Shown here: one piece after another, positions 36,701 through 45,504 of the stretch
Position numbering within the stretch: position 1 is the first letter of the stretch
How the letters are laid out: each line of letters starts with the position of its first letter
From: Bdellovibrionales bacterium
GTDB taxonomy: Bacteria; Bdellovibrionota; Bdellovibrionia; Bdellovibrionales; JAGQZY01
DNA length: 64,000 nucleotides
NCBI GenBank assembly: GCA_964230645.1
Contig: CAXRHT010000003.1
Location: forward strand, 585,065-649,064
Direction of reading: 5' to 3'
Position numbers and translations under genes: made by a program
The notes under the pieces: model-generated
What the model saw: only the letters and a program-made list of their open reading frames with translations
What the model was told of the DNA's origin: nothing
The model's database searches: none

Positions 36701-37155
36701 ATGATGGGCGCGACACTTGGTTTATGGGACTGAGTAAAAACTTTGTGATCGGTGTTTGGGTTGGTTACGATGATTTTCAGGCAATCCCAGGTAGCGCGAC
36801 GGGCGGACAACTGGCTCTCCCCATTTTTATGGACATCGTAGAGCAAGGAATTGATCATCTTCCCGAAGTGGCCCCTTTTGTAACCAGCGGTGGATTTCGC
36901 TCTCTTAGTGATGGAAATTTTAATATCTCAACAGAGAGTCTCTGGGACCAAGATTCTAATTTTGAACCCTCTGGTGGAGCTTTGGCGGACCGTTGTTTTT
37001 GTCAGCGGGTCACCAATGAGTCCGGTCTGACTTTAGGTTACCGAATCGTATCAAGAGCCCAGCCCAACTTTATCAGTGAAATATACAACTATGTGGGTGA
37101 GTGCATGATGGATAAAAGTCAGCTTGTCAGCCAAGGGAGTTTGAGATGTCAGTAA
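33724..37155 (+). CDS. Oversized class A penicillin-binding protein (GT51 + transpeptidase)
   Basis: GT motifs AAEDEQFFSHDG, GGSTVTMQLLKN, RKVRE, KVLELYFN; TP motifs GSALK (SxxK), SYN (SxN), KTGT; 1143 aa with insertions. Confidence 0.85.
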   Translation: MDNFIVLMVAALVSLHQYLPEDSETTHKYYNNVEQMQRLDILPAANQSCLYLYNLSKTAGIETFGADGALGIAAGTLLEQGDGLGAALSLLESDAMAEKLESRGLNPSELKNFFTRLCNPEFDPYSLPQDLESKVEDFLKNEIQVLDQQDIHSLGNFQVYGGVEVYDSQLQPVGIQGVMERKWTPYNEIGHGLFISLLAAEDEQFFSHDGVNTLSVARIIKEALSSDSASGGSTVTMQLLKNLYFDNWKPSEIAEYNQGQLEDVLRKVREWYWSKSFEQNFKSEQNPLAHKEKVLELYFNLVNFGLGVQGIHQASQFYFGKRPKNLSVAESAYLVSLLKRPAFYSEPENYLAWTKPRRDDYIINRIVEICQQAGDQARPQGALKLIDLCKSTDMDSPEEEEIASIKSEPLPLWRPYELPQVELAESDLPEASPIAVNFTASLTQGSADSESTTEAHIPFLRQADKVVQRIVTENPGMHKELKVKTTMDSELQKIVYSAVRDKLDAYDRERSSSRYIRPANDDRGQRARLRKEDLGFRFLYNIDRFTTKHWRPDYRLLFNVTLSAARTKEITLELASLESAFISVGLSEEASDKAQDVLRQLLSNSRDVGQVDFVEITPEGGRVLSPQEVLASLDLSESEAEEFREYYSTGSVGQNLIQNSLNRLNRYKQRKDLDPIVRTEEGEFLTTGGRSVELSSSSRQRASELSQGKTTFFWGEASGEDGSSYSLAAPKLQAAVLVVDSQTGKVLANFAGYEAEAAFFDRSLEMQRQYGSALKPWVYYLALENGLSLSTTLINSYVEFPYANGTKTYRPRNFSSGTTTHVSLQNAMISSYNIATYSLLKTPGWDGELHWRERFNQLRSLLEDVGIYEETENQIPVVLGAQVSTLQKLVDSYTYFSNGSEIKKSYMVEGIEDYFGNTLYQHQPESIGVPSRRSYSLRDLQEILAKVANRGTAARLRNFTRQLSDGRFRSLCFNGEIGSDYQTCFGGKTGTSNDGRDTWFMGLSKNFVIGVWVGYDDFQAIPGSATGGQLALPIFMDIVEQGIDHLPEVAPFVTSGGFRSLSDGNFNISTESLWDQDSNFEPSGGALADRCFCQRVTNESGLTLGYRIVSRAQPNFISEIYNYVGECMMDKSQLVSQGSLRCQ

Positions 37156-39827
37156 AATCTTTGTTTGTTGTTTTGCTTTCTCTTGTTCCGCTTAAGCTCT
37201 GGGCCAATGTGACTTTCCAAACCGATGGATGTCAGATGGAAATTCCGGTGGAACTTTCAGGCGAGGAACCTGAAACGAGTAGTTCTATTTCTATAGTTTT
37301 GGAGTCGAGTCTCAAAAAAGTTGCTAAAATACAATGGAACGCTCCCGTAGGTGCTGAATTCTCCAAAGCCCAGATTTCATGGCCTGAGGTTGATTTTGTC
37401 GATAGCCGAGGAGAAATTTTTTTTAGTCCCGCTTATCATGATCGATTAAGGGAAAGCATTCTCACTCCTTACGAACTTTTAAAAAAAGAGGGCGCGGTCT
37501 TCGAAGCTCCTTTCTGGGGGTTTGCAAGAGTTCAAAGTTTTTTCACTCTTTTGCACTCCCAGGAATCTTTTTTACTTGAGCTTTTGAACAACGACGGAGA
37601 GGTGCAGCAGTCTGTGGAAGTTTCCCTTAGAGGCAGTGATCTCGCTTTTAGAAATATTGCTCACCTTTGCTTTCCTCTAAAATCACAGTCCTACTTAGAG
37701 GGAGTCACTAGAAAACAAGGGGTGGGGCTTTCTTGGGAAAACTCTTATGGGGTTTTGGACTATGACCTCATCCAGTCTTTTTCTAGAGAACTCTTCCTTC
37801 GTACAATGAATGGTCAAGACTTCGAGGCTCTCTCGTCAATTCTCAATCGCTTTTCTCAACTGAATCAAGACCAACAGTCTCTTGAGTCCTCCAGCTACTC
37901 GGCTTTTTTAAATCAACTGGATCCTCTTGCCTCCCGCTTAAATGTTGTCAAAGACTCGATCCAAAGCCTGCAAGGAAGGGGAGGGGAACTCGCTTCCTTG
38001 GATCTAAAAATCAAAAACGCCAGTGAAGAGATTGAAAATTTGAGAGCGCAAATTCAAGTTGTTCAAGGTGAGAACGCTCAACTTGAACAACGCCTTCAAA
38101 GTTCCACCGAGGAGTTTTCAGAGCTTTCGATTTCTTTAGCTCTCATTGATGCAGAAATGTCTTCGGTCCGTCGTCAACTCATAGAGGCTAGCGAAAAGCT
38201 TCAAGATTTGACCCATCTTTCCTCCCATGAACTGGTGGGGGATTATGTGACAAGCCAATCGGCCGTTTCTGGTGTTGACCAGTTCACCAAGGTTTTCGAT
38301 CAAGTGACAGCCATTGAAATGAATGAACAAAGAAAAGAGCAAGGCCTAGAAGTGGCTCAGATGGCAGAAACACTGCAAGAAGAACTGGATGGCTTAACCC
38401 AGATTCATTCCACTCTAATGGACCAGCGTCGAGCGCTCATGAGCATCCGCTCTCAAATCACACAAGCTCAAGGAGAGCTTCGCGATCAGCTTGACGTACT
38501 GGACATCCTCAATGGTCAGTACTACGGCTTAAGCTTTGAAACACTTCAGCCTTTGCTGGCTCAAGAAAGAGAGAGTCTTAGTGAGCCTTCAAAAATCTTT
38601 GAGGCCCAAGTCTTTGTTGCCGAAGTTAGACAGAGCTACGAAATTTATGACAATAAGTTGCTTGAGGTCGGAAGAGAGTTAAATAACAGTGAGCTTTTGT
38701 CCCATTTGGTTTGCTCAACAGAGTCTCTAAAAAATGACTTTATGGGAAGCTGTTTAGACCCTCGCCATTTAGAAAACCAGGCTCGCGTGGAAGATTACCT
38801 CAATGGGCTCAGTTCGGCTGATCTTGAGAGGCTCGGTGAGTGGTTAGGGCAGAGCCAGAGTGTGTTCAACCAGCAAAATTTTAAAGAGGAAATCGCTTTA
38901 GAGTGGGCGATCCTAGTAAGTCTAATTCCTGTTGATGAGCTGATTCAGAAATGGGAAGCGGTTCTCTACGCGCGCTGGAAATTCTTTAAAGCCAGAGATC
39001 TTAAGTTTAATCAAGTCAGTTTGGACTCTTTAGAGGAGGTTTTATTGCAGATTCGTGATGAGATTTCGTTAAAGGAGGAGGCCATAGGGAGCCGTCAGGC
39101 TGACATAGTAGGTCTTGAGACTCGTTTCCAGCTTCAAAGTCGCAGCTTTGAGCAGCAAGAAGAGCATTTTTTCAGTAGCGCCTCGGCTGTTTACTCGAGA
39201 ATTCTGTCACAGATTCAGAGTCTTCCCACAAGTCATTTTCAATGTTTTACCCGGGAGAGTTTGCCACTCAATTGTAGAGAGTCCTTAGCCTCGGTCGGAG
39301 AAACCATCCGCCTTAATCAAGAAGCCCTCAATGAGGAAAGAGAGCAATTGATTGCCAGTCTTCAGTCTTCCTATATGGCAACATTTAGTTACCTAACTCA
39401 AACTCTGGAAGAGACCCGTCAAAGGCAGCAAGAAGTCTCCACCCAACGTCAGAACTTTATTCAAACCCACGATCTGAGAGCCAAAGAGTCTCTTTTAGAA
39501 ACTCTTCGCCATCAAAAAGAGGAAATCACTCAGGAGCTAGAAAACCTTATGGCACAAAAAGAACAACAAGCCGAACTTTTAGAAAGTTCAACAGCGATGC
39601 AAAGTCACCGTCAAAAATATTTAGTGAGATTTCTGATTGAAAGAGCGCAATTGATTCAAGAAATAGTTCCTCTTGAAAATCAGTTGGCTGACTATTGTGA
39701 GGAGATCTCTGGACTGGAAGAGCGTTGGGAAGAGCTGATCGAACAGAGCCAGCAAGACCTTCAATTAAATGATGTCAAGCCAAGCTCTCTTCGCCAATTA
39801 AGACAGCGTTGCCAACTTTCCCTTTAG
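37146..39827 (+). CDS. Exported long coiled-coil protein
   Basis: Signal peptide ending KLWA; N-terminal globular domain followed by heptad-rich E/Q/L segments; start overlaps the PBP stop. Confidence 0.7.
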   Translation: MSVKSLFVVLLSLVPLKLWANVTFQTDGCQMEIPVELSGEEPETSSSISIVLESSLKKVAKIQWNAPVGAEFSKAQISWPEVDFVDSRGEIFFSPAYHDRLRESILTPYELLKKEGAVFEAPFWGFARVQSFFTLLHSQESFLLELLNNDGEVQQSVEVSLRGSDLAFRNIAHLCFPLKSQSYLEGVTRKQGVGLSWENSYGVLDYDLIQSFSRELFLRTMNGQDFEALSSILNRFSQLNQDQQSLESSSYSAFLNQLDPLASRLNVVKDSIQSLQGRGGELASLDLKIKNASEEIENLRAQIQVVQGENAQLEQRLQSSTEEFSELSISLALIDAEMSSVRRQLIEASEKLQDLTHLSSHELVGDYVTSQSAVSGVDQFTKVFDQVTAIEMNEQRKEQGLEVAQMAETLQEELDGLTQIHSTLMDQRRALMSIRSQITQAQGELRDQLDVLDILNGQYYGLSFETLQPLLAQERESLSEPSKIFEAQVFVAEVRQSYEIYDNKLLEVGRELNNSELLSHLVCSTESLKNDFMGSCLDPRHLENQARVEDYLNGLSSADLERLGEWLGQSQSVFNQQNFKEEIALEWAILVSLIPVDELIQKWEAVLYARWKFFKARDLKFNQVSLDSLEEVLLQIRDEISLKEEAIGSRQADIVGLETRFQLQSRSFEQQEEHFFSSASAVYSRILSQIQSLPTSHFQCFTRESLPLNCRESLASVGETIRLNQEALNEEREQLIASLQSSYMATFSYLTQTLEETRQRQQEVSTQRQNFIQTHDLRAKESLLETLRHQKEEITQELENLMAQKEQQAELLESSTAMQSHRQKYLVRFLIERAQLIQEIVPLENQLADYCEEISGLEERWEELIEQSQQDLQLNDVKPSSLRQLRQRCQLSL

Positions 39828-40717
39828 TGGATAAGAAGTTTCATACAAAAAACAGAGCCTCCGGATTTAATATATTCGGAGGTATCCACTTCATGGATAC
39901 GGAAGCCTTCGGCTTGAAGGCGCTCATTGGTTTTTTTAGCCCCTTGCTGAATAATGATATCCTTGCCATTCGGGCAGCAGAGGTTACAAGCTAGCTGCTT
40001 TACCGCTTCTTCAAGAGGAATTTCAATTAAAGTTTTAAAATTCTTTTTGATTTTATCTAAGCCCGCTTGCGAGAAGGCCTCTTTTACAAAGGCGACTTTG
40101 CCATTTCCAAGAGGTGAGAAGCAGGTGTCAAGATGGTAGAAACGCTCATTAATAAGTTCGAGTTGAATAATTTCTTGGCCGAGAAGCTCTTCCATTTTTG
40201 GATAGATTTCATGGGAAGTGCGAATGCCATACCCGCCGTAAACCTTCTCTGTAGAATAATCCCAGATAACGTCTCCCATTCCCTCTAAAGGAATGTCTCC
40301 GAGTTTGTGGGTGGGGATTTGATGACTCTCCGCCCACTCTTTGAAAAAGGGAACTTCTGGTTTTCTTTGCTCCGAGTGCATTTCACTAAGGATCAAATTC
40401 AATTGCCCATTCTTTTTAAATGGAAAACATTGGTTGGCGCAAAAAACCATATCTGGAAGGTTTTCACGCCCTGGCATCACTTCGATTTCAAGTTGCAAAC
40501 TTTCAAAAGTTTGTTTGAGTTTTTCCCACTGCTGACGCGCTTTTTTGGTATCAACGGATTTCAGCTCTCCTTTGTTGTTAATCATATGGGGGTTGATGGC
40601 ATATTCGATATCAAAGTAATCAGGGCTGACCATAAGTACTTTTTTCGGCCACAACATCACATCCTCCGGGGCGCCAGCATTACTAAAACAATCATCAAAT
40701 AACTTCATAACATTCAC
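39824..40717 (-). CDS. Amidinotransferase/dimethylargininase-family hydrolase (pentein fold)
   Basis: LMVSPDYFDIEYAINPHM, LPDMVFCAN, EGMGD, FYHLDTCF, GGSVFCM. Confidence 0.8.
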   Translation of the reverse strand: MNVMKLFDDCFSNAGAPEDVMLWPKKVLMVSPDYFDIEYAINPHMINNKGELKSVDTKKARQQWEKLKQTFESLQLEIEVMPGRENLPDMVFCANQCFPFKKNGQLNLILSEMHSEQRKPEVPFFKEWAESHQIPTHKLGDIPLEGMGDVIWDYSTEKVYGGYGIRTSHEIYPKMEELLGQEIIQLELINERFYHLDTCFSPLGNGKVAFVKEAFSQAGLDKIKKNFKTLIEIPLEEAVKQLACNLCCPNGKDIIIQQGAKKTNERLQAEGFRIHEVDTSEYIKSGGSVFCMKLLIH

Positions 40718-40933
40718 TCCTACTCAGTCACGTCCGCTCGATCTGTGCGATGGGTTGATAAAAATTTAAATACGGGAAGTCCGGACTTGGAGGACTTCAG
40801 CGGCAATAGATAGACCTTTGTGATAAATCTACGCTTCGCGTTATAGCAAAGGGCGACGCATCATCAAAAGAGCCATGACGAACCTGTGGGATCTGGTGTA
40901 GGAGCTACTTATTCCATAGGGGGGAAATTACAT

Positions 40934-42046
40934 ATGCGTTTACTATTTGCCACACTTCTAGTGTTTACGTTTGCAAAATCTTCATGGGCTAACGAAGTAC
41001 CTCAGTACGGGTTCACCAAGGCCGAAAATGAATTTATGGCTGAGCAAAATGGGATGACTGCCCAGTTTGATTTTAGTCGATCACTGATCGCGGAAAGTGG
41101 GGATGGATCCCTCCTGACCCAAACGGATGCCAGACCTTTTGCGGAGTATGAAAAAGCGGGTTACTTAATTTTTAGCAGCGGAACGTCGTTTGCCTCAGGT
41201 CAGATAAAAAAAGGCTTGGCGGAAAATTTACCGGCCGGAGTGAAACTTGTGGTCTATACCCAAAATAATTCAGCCGACAATGTGCAAAGAATCCGTGATC
41301 GTTACCAAGGACTTATCGAACAAGACCGACTTGTGGTCGTCTACATGTCTTCTGGTGGCAATGGCTTTTGGGCGCGAGACGCTGTTCCTGTTCCTGTTTA
41401 TAGAAGCGACAAAATGAAACAGGCACGTGATCCACGTTTTACAGTAGTCGATGCGGTTTACTATCATCACTTTGAGCCCGATGAAGAGTTTCAAAATCTC
41501 TTTCTTTCAGAACTGACATCTCATGAATACTACTATGAAGGTGGAAACTTTATTGCTAACTCTAAAAATGAGTGTCTGATCGTGAACAAAACAGCCACAA
41601 GAAGAATTCCTGATTCTGTTTTTTTAGACCACTACGGTTGTAAAGTTCTTACTAGACTTCCCCATGTCAAAGGGATTGGTCACGCCGATGAAAGTGTGAA
41701 ATTTGTGGACGATCAAACAGTTCTTACTGATGAACCAAGCTATATTCCGGCTCTTGAGGAGAAAGGTTACCGAGTCGTTCAGTTGCCCCGTCCTAACAAC
41801 GAATATGAGACTTATGTTAATTCCCTCATAATTAACGGTAAAGTCTTTGTTCCCATCTTTAAGCAAGATAAAGATGAAGAGGTTCTTCAGATCTATAGAG
41901 ACCTTGGGTTTGAAGCTTACGGCTATGACAGTCGCACCCTTTCCAATCGTGGTTTGGGGTCGATTCACTGTATCACTATGACTTATCCTGAGGATGTTCC
42001 TATGAACGACCTTGTTGAGTCTATGGGTGGTCAAGTACTCCAATAA
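40934..42046 (+). CDS. Secreted peptidylarginine/agmatine deiminase family protein
   Basis: Start ATG 40934 with signal peptide; RPFAEYE, WARD, EGGN, GHAD, TYVNSLIING, GSIHCIT. Confidence 0.8.
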   Translation: MRLLFATLLVFTFAKSSWANEVPQYGFTKAENEFMAEQNGMTAQFDFSRSLIAESGDGSLLTQTDARPFAEYEKAGYLIFSSGTSFASGQIKKGLAENLPAGVKLVVYTQNNSADNVQRIRDRYQGLIEQDRLVVVYMSSGGNGFWARDAVPVPVYRSDKMKQARDPRFTVVDAVYYHHFEPDEEFQNLFLSELTSHEYYYEGGNFIANSKNECLIVNKTATRRIPDSVFLDHYGCKVLTRLPHVKGIGHADESVKFVDDQTVLTDEPSYIPALEEKGYRVVQLPRPNNEYETYVNSLIINGKVFVPIFKQDKDEEVLQIYRDLGFEAYGYDSRTLSNRGLGSIHCITMTYPEDVPMNDLVESMGGQVLQ

Positions 42047-42068
42047 TCGTTTGAGCAAGACCAATATG

Positions 42069-42095
42069 AAAAAGGGGCTTGAGAGCCCCTTTTTT
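42069..42095 (+). terminator. Rho-independent terminator (possibly bidirectional)
   Basis: AAAAAGGGGCT-TGAG-AGCCCCTTTTTT, between the deiminase gene and murG. Confidence 0.75.
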
Positions 42096-42146
42096 ATTGT
42101 CGCTTTTTGCCTAGTGTTTATCGGATTTTCCCAGTAAGTTGGGGTT

Positions 42147-43232
42147 GTGAAACAAAAAAATGTAGTCATCGCGGGAGGCGGAACGGGTGGTCATATTTAC
42201 CCCGGGATCGCCTTAGCCCAAGAGTTAAAGCGTCGAAATCCCGAATACCAGGTCCATTTTGTTGGGGCGACTGGAGGCCTGGAAGAAAAAATTGTTCCTA
42301 GCCACGGTTATCCTCTCCATTTACTTAATGTCGGAAGGCTCCACCATTCAGTGGGAGTTTTGCAAAGATTAAAAACCCTGATACTTTTGCCTATTTCTCT
42401 TTTTCACTCTCTGTTTCTATACTTTAAGCTTCGTCCGTATTGGGTGATCGGAATCGGTGGATTTGCCTCAGGACCTTTCGTACTGATGTCAGCTCTTATG
42501 GGTGGAAAGTCGGCTATTTTAGAGCCCAATGCTTTTCCCGGTCTTGCCAATCGTTGGCTGTCTAAATTTGTTAGCACATGTTTTGTTGTTTTTGAAAAGA
42601 CCAAAGATTTCTTTCCAAAGAGCAAGGTGAAACAAGTGGGGCTTCCTGTGCGTCTAGCCAAAAAGAAGCCCTTGATGAACTACAAGACAGAAGAGCGGGC
42701 GTTTCGCATTTTGGTTTTTGGAGGAAGCCAAGGGGCAAGAGGGATCAATAACGTCTTTGGGGAGTGGGTGAAAAGTCTCGGTCCTCAGTCAAAAAATTTC
42801 GAGATCTATCACCAGACCGGTCACCGCGATTTTCACCTTTGGGAAAAGGAGTATGGTCGCGAGTTTGATGGTTTTCTCCGTTACTCTCCCTATATCGATA
42901 ATATGCCCGATCAACTCGACTGGGCTGACCTCATTATTTGCCGCTCTGGCATCGGGTCTGTTGTCGAAGTGGCCATGGCAGGAAAGCCAGCCATTTTTGT
43001 TCCTTTACCCACGGCCGCTGACAATCATCAGGTGCACAACGCCCAGGTATTATTGGAAGAGAAGGCCGCTCTAATGATTGAGCAAAAAGATTTAACGATT
43101 GAAAAATTAGATCAAGTCATTGAGAATCTTCGCCAAAATCCGGAGCAATTAAATCAGATGATGGAGAAGTTACAGGAGTTTGATTACTCAAGTGCACCTA
43201 GAGAAATATTAAACCAGCTTATGAAAGATTAA
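42147..43232 (+). CDS. murG: Lipid I GlcNAc transferase
   Basis: AGGGTGGHIYP, GGF, PGLANR, FGGSQGA, DNHQVHNA. Confidence 0.95.
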   Translation: MKQKNVVIAGGGTGGHIYPGIALAQELKRRNPEYQVHFVGATGGLEEKIVPSHGYPLHLLNVGRLHHSVGVLQRLKTLILLPISLFHSLFLYFKLRPYWVIGIGGFASGPFVLMSALMGGKSAILEPNAFPGLANRWLSKFVSTCFVVFEKTKDFFPKSKVKQVGLPVRLAKKKPLMNYKTEERAFRILVFGGSQGARGINNVFGEWVKSLGPQSKNFEIYHQTGHRDFHLWEKEYGREFDGFLRYSPYIDNMPDQLDWADLIICRSGIGSVVEVAMAGKPAIFVPLPTAADNHQVHNAQVLLEEKAALMIEQKDLTIEKLDQVIENLRQNPEQLNQMMEKLQEFDYSSAPREILNQLMKD

Positions 43233-43234
43233 AT

Positions 43235-44584
43235 ATGAGTATTAAGAATACAAAAGCCCATTTTGTCGGAATCGGTGGCATTGGAATGTCAGCCTTAGCC
43301 GAACTTTTTGATCGTTTGGGGGCCCAGGTGACGGGAACGGACCTCAGAGAGGGCAAGCAAACCGATCATCTCAAGGAAAAAGGCATCGCTGTAAAAATTG
43401 GCCACGATGAAAACAATCTCGCTGAGGACTGCGATGTGGTTGTGTACTCCAGTGCGATCAACTGGGAAAACCCCGAAATGAAAAAAGCCAGTCGGTTGTC
43501 AATTCCGATCATTCCTCGTGCTGAAGCTTTGGCTGAAATCATGCGCATCAAAAGAGGAATTGCCGTTGGTGGCACTCATGGAAAAACCACCACCACCTCG
43601 ATCATCAGTTCTATCTTTCTTCACGCTGATTTTGATCCCACCATTGCTGTTGGCGGTCGATTGAAACTGATTGAATCCACTAACCGTTTAGGAGCTGGCC
43701 CCTGGATGGTGGCTGAGGCCGACGAGAGTGATGGGAGTTTTGCAAGACTCTCTCCTGAAATCAGTATTATCACAAATATCGATAGTGATCACTTGGATCA
43801 CTTCGGAAGCTTTGAGAATCTCCAAGCCGCCTTTAAGAATTTTGCCCTCAGTATTCCCTATTATGGCTCTGCGATCGTGATGGGCGATGATCCGAAGACA
43901 AGAGAGATTTTCAAAAATTTCACTAAAAAAATTATTTTTTATGGAGAAAACGACAACAACGACTTTATCCTGAAAAAAGAGGGCCTGGCCTATTCTGTCT
44001 TCACAGAAGGGGAGAAAATTGGTGAGTTACAGCTCGCCGTTCCTGGTGTTCACAATGCGCTTAATGCCCTTGCAGCTTGTATTGCCACCCACGAGGCGGG
44101 AGTCCCTTGGGATAAGTGTTTCCAAGGCGCCAATCAATACGATGGTGTTGATCGTCGTTTTCAAAAAATCGCAGAAAAAAACGACATTCAAATTTTTGAT
44201 GATTACGCTCACCATCCAACAGAGATCAAGGCCACAGTCAGTGCGGTCAGTGACTTAAAAGCCAAGGGTGATTTTCATTTGATTTATGAGCCTCACCGTT
44301 TCACTAGAACAAGAGATTGTTGGGAAGAGTATAAGTCTTGCTTCAATGGGGTGGATAAACTTTATCTAGCCCCCATTTACACCGCTGGAGAGACTCCCAT
44401 TGAAGGAGTTTCGAGCCAGAATCTTGCTAAAAAAATCAATGTACCTACCGAGTGTTTTGAAGATGAAGAGCAATTTTTAAAAGATCTCACCGGGCGATTA
44501 AAACCAGGGGATGTGGTTATGACCATGGGAGCTGGGCAAGTGTGGAAGCTTGGATTAAAACTGCAATCTCTTTTGGAGGCCTAA
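43235..44584 (+). CDS. murC: UDP-MurNAc:L-Ala ligase
   Basis: HFVGIGGIGMS, GTHGKTTTTS, EADESDGSF, DDYAHHPTEI. Confidence 0.96.
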   Translation: MSIKNTKAHFVGIGGIGMSALAELFDRLGAQVTGTDLREGKQTDHLKEKGIAVKIGHDENNLAEDCDVVVYSSAINWENPEMKKASRLSIPIIPRAEALAEIMRIKRGIAVGGTHGKTTTTSIISSIFLHADFDPTIAVGGRLKLIESTNRLGAGPWMVAEADESDGSFARLSPEISIITNIDSDHLDHFGSFENLQAAFKNFALSIPYYGSAIVMGDDPKTREIFKNFTKKIIFYGENDNNDFILKKEGLAYSVFTEGEKIGELQLAVPGVHNALNALAACIATHEAGVPWDKCFQGANQYDGVDRRFQKIAEKNDIQIFDDYAHHPTEIKATVSAVSDLKAKGDFHLIYEPHRFTRTRDCWEEYKSCFNGVDKLYLAPIYTAGETPIEGVSSQNLAKKINVPTECFEDEEQFLKDLTGRLKPGDVVMTMGAGQVWKLGLKLQSLLEA

Positions 44585-44588
44585 GGTT

Positions 44589-45503
44589 TTGTCTGAGTCC
44601 TTGAATGTGGAGAAGAATAAAAGTTTGGCAGAGTTTACCTCATGGAAGGTAGGTGGAGCCGCTCAGTATTATGTGGCACCCTCAACGATTGATGAGCTTA
44701 AAGAAGCACTCATTTATTCCAGTAAAGAAAATCTGCCCTATACTATTCTTGGAGGTGGGTCGAACTCTCTTGTGAGCGATAAGGGAGTTAAGGGTCTTCT
44801 TATTCACACCCATTTATTGAGTTCGGTGGAAGTGATTGAAGACAAAGAAAAGCTTGTACTTGAGGCCCTTGCAGGAACACAGAAATCTGAAGTTCTAAAG
44901 CACTTTATGAAAAGTCGTTTAGCGCCGGCTATTTTTCTGGCGGGACTCCCCGGGGATATGGCCGGTGGTGTGGTTATGAATGCAGGGATCGGTCAGAAAC
45001 AAAAGCCTCGAGAATTCGTTGAGATTGTGGACTCTTTTGAGGTTTTAAGAGTTGATGAAGCTGGCAGGCTTCAAACTCAGATTTATGAAAGCACCGAAGT
45101 CGATTGGTCCTACCGTAAAACTCAAGGTTGGCAACCTGGTGTGATCTCTAAAGTCAGAGTCAGTTGGCCCAATGAACCCGATCCTGAGGTTTTAAAACTT
45201 GTTCGTGATGGCAACAAGAGGCGAAAAAGCACTCAGCCCTTGCACCAACCCAGTTGTGGTTCCGTTTTCAAAAACCCAGAAGGCGATCATTCCGGTCGTC
45301 TTATTGAGAGCCTTGGGCTTAAGGGCTTTTCCATAGGAGGGGCTCAAGTTTCAGAAAAGCATGCCAACTTTATTGTCAATTTAGGCTCAGCCACGGCTCA
45401 AGATATCCATGATGTGATTTCCCATGTTCAAACAGAGGTTCGAAAAAAAACCGGAGTTCATCTTCATAACGAAGTCGTTTATCTAGGAGACTGGGATAAG
45501 TAG
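44589..45503 (+). CDS. murB: UDP-N-acetylenolpyruvoylglucosamine reductase
   Basis: KVGGAA, LGGGSN, MNAG, PSCGSVFKNP, VSEKHANFIVN. Confidence 0.95.
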   Translation: MSESLNVEKNKSLAEFTSWKVGGAAQYYVAPSTIDELKEALIYSSKENLPYTILGGGSNSLVSDKGVKGLLIHTHLLSSVEVIEDKEKLVLEALAGTQKSEVLKHFMKSRLAPAIFLAGLPGDMAGGVVMNAGIGQKQKPREFVEIVDSFEVLRVDEAGRLQTQIYESTEVDWSYRKTQGWQPGVISKVRVSWPNEPDPEVLKLVRDGNKRRKSTQPLHQPSCGSVFKNPEGDHSGRLIESLGLKGFSIGGAQVSEKHANFIVNLGSATAQDIHDVISHVQTEVRKKTGVHLHNEVVYLGDWDK

Positions 45504-45504
45504 A

